64,000 nt of DNA from the NCBI GenBank assembly GCA_013239625.1, contig MU054323.1:6313220-6377219 (forward strand). Reading direction: 5' to 3'. A program made the position numbers and the translations under genes. This document shows positions 62,111-64,000 of this stretch, piece by piece. The notes under the pieces are model-generated. The model ran no database searches. It worked only from the letters and a program-made list of their open reading frames with translations, and was not told where the DNA came from. The DNA is from Lama guanicoe (Eukaryota). How positions within the stretch are numbered: the first letter of the stretch is position 1; every line of letters starts with the position of its first letter.

Positions 62111-64000
62111 TCCGCTTCCCTGCCCTGCTGGGTGAGCTCTGGAAACAGGGGAAACGACATGCTTTGGGGTCTCTTCTGCTCGGGGCAGCCCCCTTCTAGC
62201 GCGCTTGCCGCCGGGCCTCTTGTCTGGCAGCCCTCTAAGATCTGGGCGGTGAGAAGCTGTAAGGACAGAGCCAGTCTGGAAAGGGAGAACTCCCTCTCCT
62301 GCCTCCGCATCTTGCTTTATCCTTCCTGCCCCACTCAGCTTCTCCGGCCATCCTGTCCACTCCCATGACTTTCATTATGGGCTTCAAACCGATGGCCTCC
62401 AAACTTAAGCCTCCAGCCCAGACCTCCAATCTGAGTTCACGGTGGTCCATTTATCCAGCTTCTGCTCAACCTCTACCTGGACATCCCGCGGATCCCTCAA
62501 AGTCAGCAAGTCCAAAACAGAACTCATGCTCCTCTGCTTCCCCACGCTCAAGCGCTCCTCTGTGTTCCCTGTTTCCTGCCTCAGGATTGGCACCACTCAC
62601 TTTCCCAAGCCAGATATTACAGGCGTTCCCCTTGTGTAACTGAATCTGGATGTGCAAGGAGTAGCTATTTCTTTATTTCTTAAATCAACAGTAATTCAGA
62701 CTGGAGCCCCCATTTCTGCAGAATTTGACAGGCAAACTGCATGTCAGACATTATTGACACCCCCCACAGGAAATTGGGGGGGTTTTTGGTTCCAGGCCAC
62801 CCTCCTTGAAGAAAAGCACTGGTCTCTGGAAGCCCCAGCCACAGCCTTGGATCACCCAGGAAGTATAGGCTTCTTTTTCCATGCTGGGAACCATGGTTCT
62901 GGGTCCCAGGAAACATCTCCCTGAGGCCTTGTCACCCACCCCAGGACACTGCCATAGAGTTCTGCCGGAGGCCTGGAGGCCTCTTCTCCCTTCTCTGGCT
63001 TACAGAAGCCTTTAGAGTTTCTTCTTTTCTAAGGACAAGGGGCATTTTCTCTTGAAGGGGATCATATTTTTAGGGAAAGCCTGAAGGAGCTTTGGCCTTC
63101 TGCTTTTAGGTCAGTCTAAACCTCTGAGTCAAGGAAGCACAAAAGGGCCAGCTACCGTGCTGTATCCCAGAAGGGGGATGTACCAATTAATATTTCGACA
63201 GCTATGCTCTTGTATTCAGGATGACTGTCTTGACTGGACCCACACCAAATCCTGCCAAGTTCTCTTGCTGAGTATCTCTAAGGCTCCATCTCCTCAGTCC
63301 CTGCCCTAGTTCAGGCCACCGTCATCTCTCACTGGGATTTCTGCAGTCTCTAAACTGGTCTCCTCACCTCCAGTCTCAGCCCCTGGCCTTGCATCTGGCC
63401 TCCCACCTCACCCCCACTGTTTTCCCCATCACAGCCTGAGGATTCTTTAAAGTGCATATTTGACCATGCCCCTCGCTAGGCATAAAATGTTTTAATGAAT
63501 CTTCCATCTCTTTCTCTAGGCAGACAGTGATATAGCCTCCTGTTACCTTTTACACTAGAGCCTGATCTCTACCAGTCCCTACCCCCACCACCAACTTTTC
63601 CTCTGGTTTTATTGAGCTGTCTGCAAGTTGTTAAATACACCAGTCATTCAGCAAATATTTATTGAACATATACTGTGTTCTAGGCCCTGGGGTTACAGCA
63701 GGGAACCAGATGGACTCCCACTACTGCTCAACTTGAGGCCTTTGAACATGTGGCTCACTCTTCCCAGATTATCTCCTTTACTTCCTCTGGCAAACTACTC
63801 ATCTTTAAAGACTCAGTTTAACCATTATCTCCTCTCAGATACTTTACCTGACACTCTGTCAGTTGCTCCTGCCTCTGGGCCCCCATCTAAATATTGGCTC
63901 AGCTGTTAGCCCTCCCAAGGCTTTTTTATCCAGCCCCATGGCTTTAAATCCCACCCAAATTTATACCTCCAGTGCAGACTTTCCCTCTGCCTATTTGCAA

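Noticed and set aside
1..64000. CRISPR arrays, operons or prokaryote-type defence systems
   Set aside because: Spliced mammalian genes throughout; no regularly spaced repeat-spacer array or compact foreign gene cluster seen.

Overview
Mammalian genomic DNA, very probably a camelid (five copies of a tRNA-derived SINE matching Vic-1). It covers the conserved block UBXN2A(+), MFSD2B(+), WDCP/C2orf44(-), FKBP1B(+, first coding exon only), the order I recall for human 2p23. I rebuilt the spliced CDSs by hand from GT-AG boundaries and phase arithmetic: UBXN2A 6 coding exons, 777 nt, 258 aa; MFSD2B 14 exons, 1512 nt, 503 aa; WDCP 3 coding exons, 2052 nt, 683 aa. All are in frame and intact. The rest is introns/UTRs with L1, L2, MIR, ERV solo LTRs, hAT/Tc-mariner fossils, SINEs and one unidentified retrocopy. 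I found no convincing wholly new biological system. The best leads are a shortened WDCP C-terminus with a decayed tail in the 3'UTR, a strong-Kozak 54-aa ORF in that UTR, an unidentified retrocopy, a tailless SINE, a poly(A)-only insertion, splice-site turnover in MFSD2B/UBXN2A and GATA-type regulatory architecture at MFSD2B. Comparisons to human/mouse proteins and repeat family names are from memory, not from searches; repeat boundaries are approximate unless TSDs are quoted.
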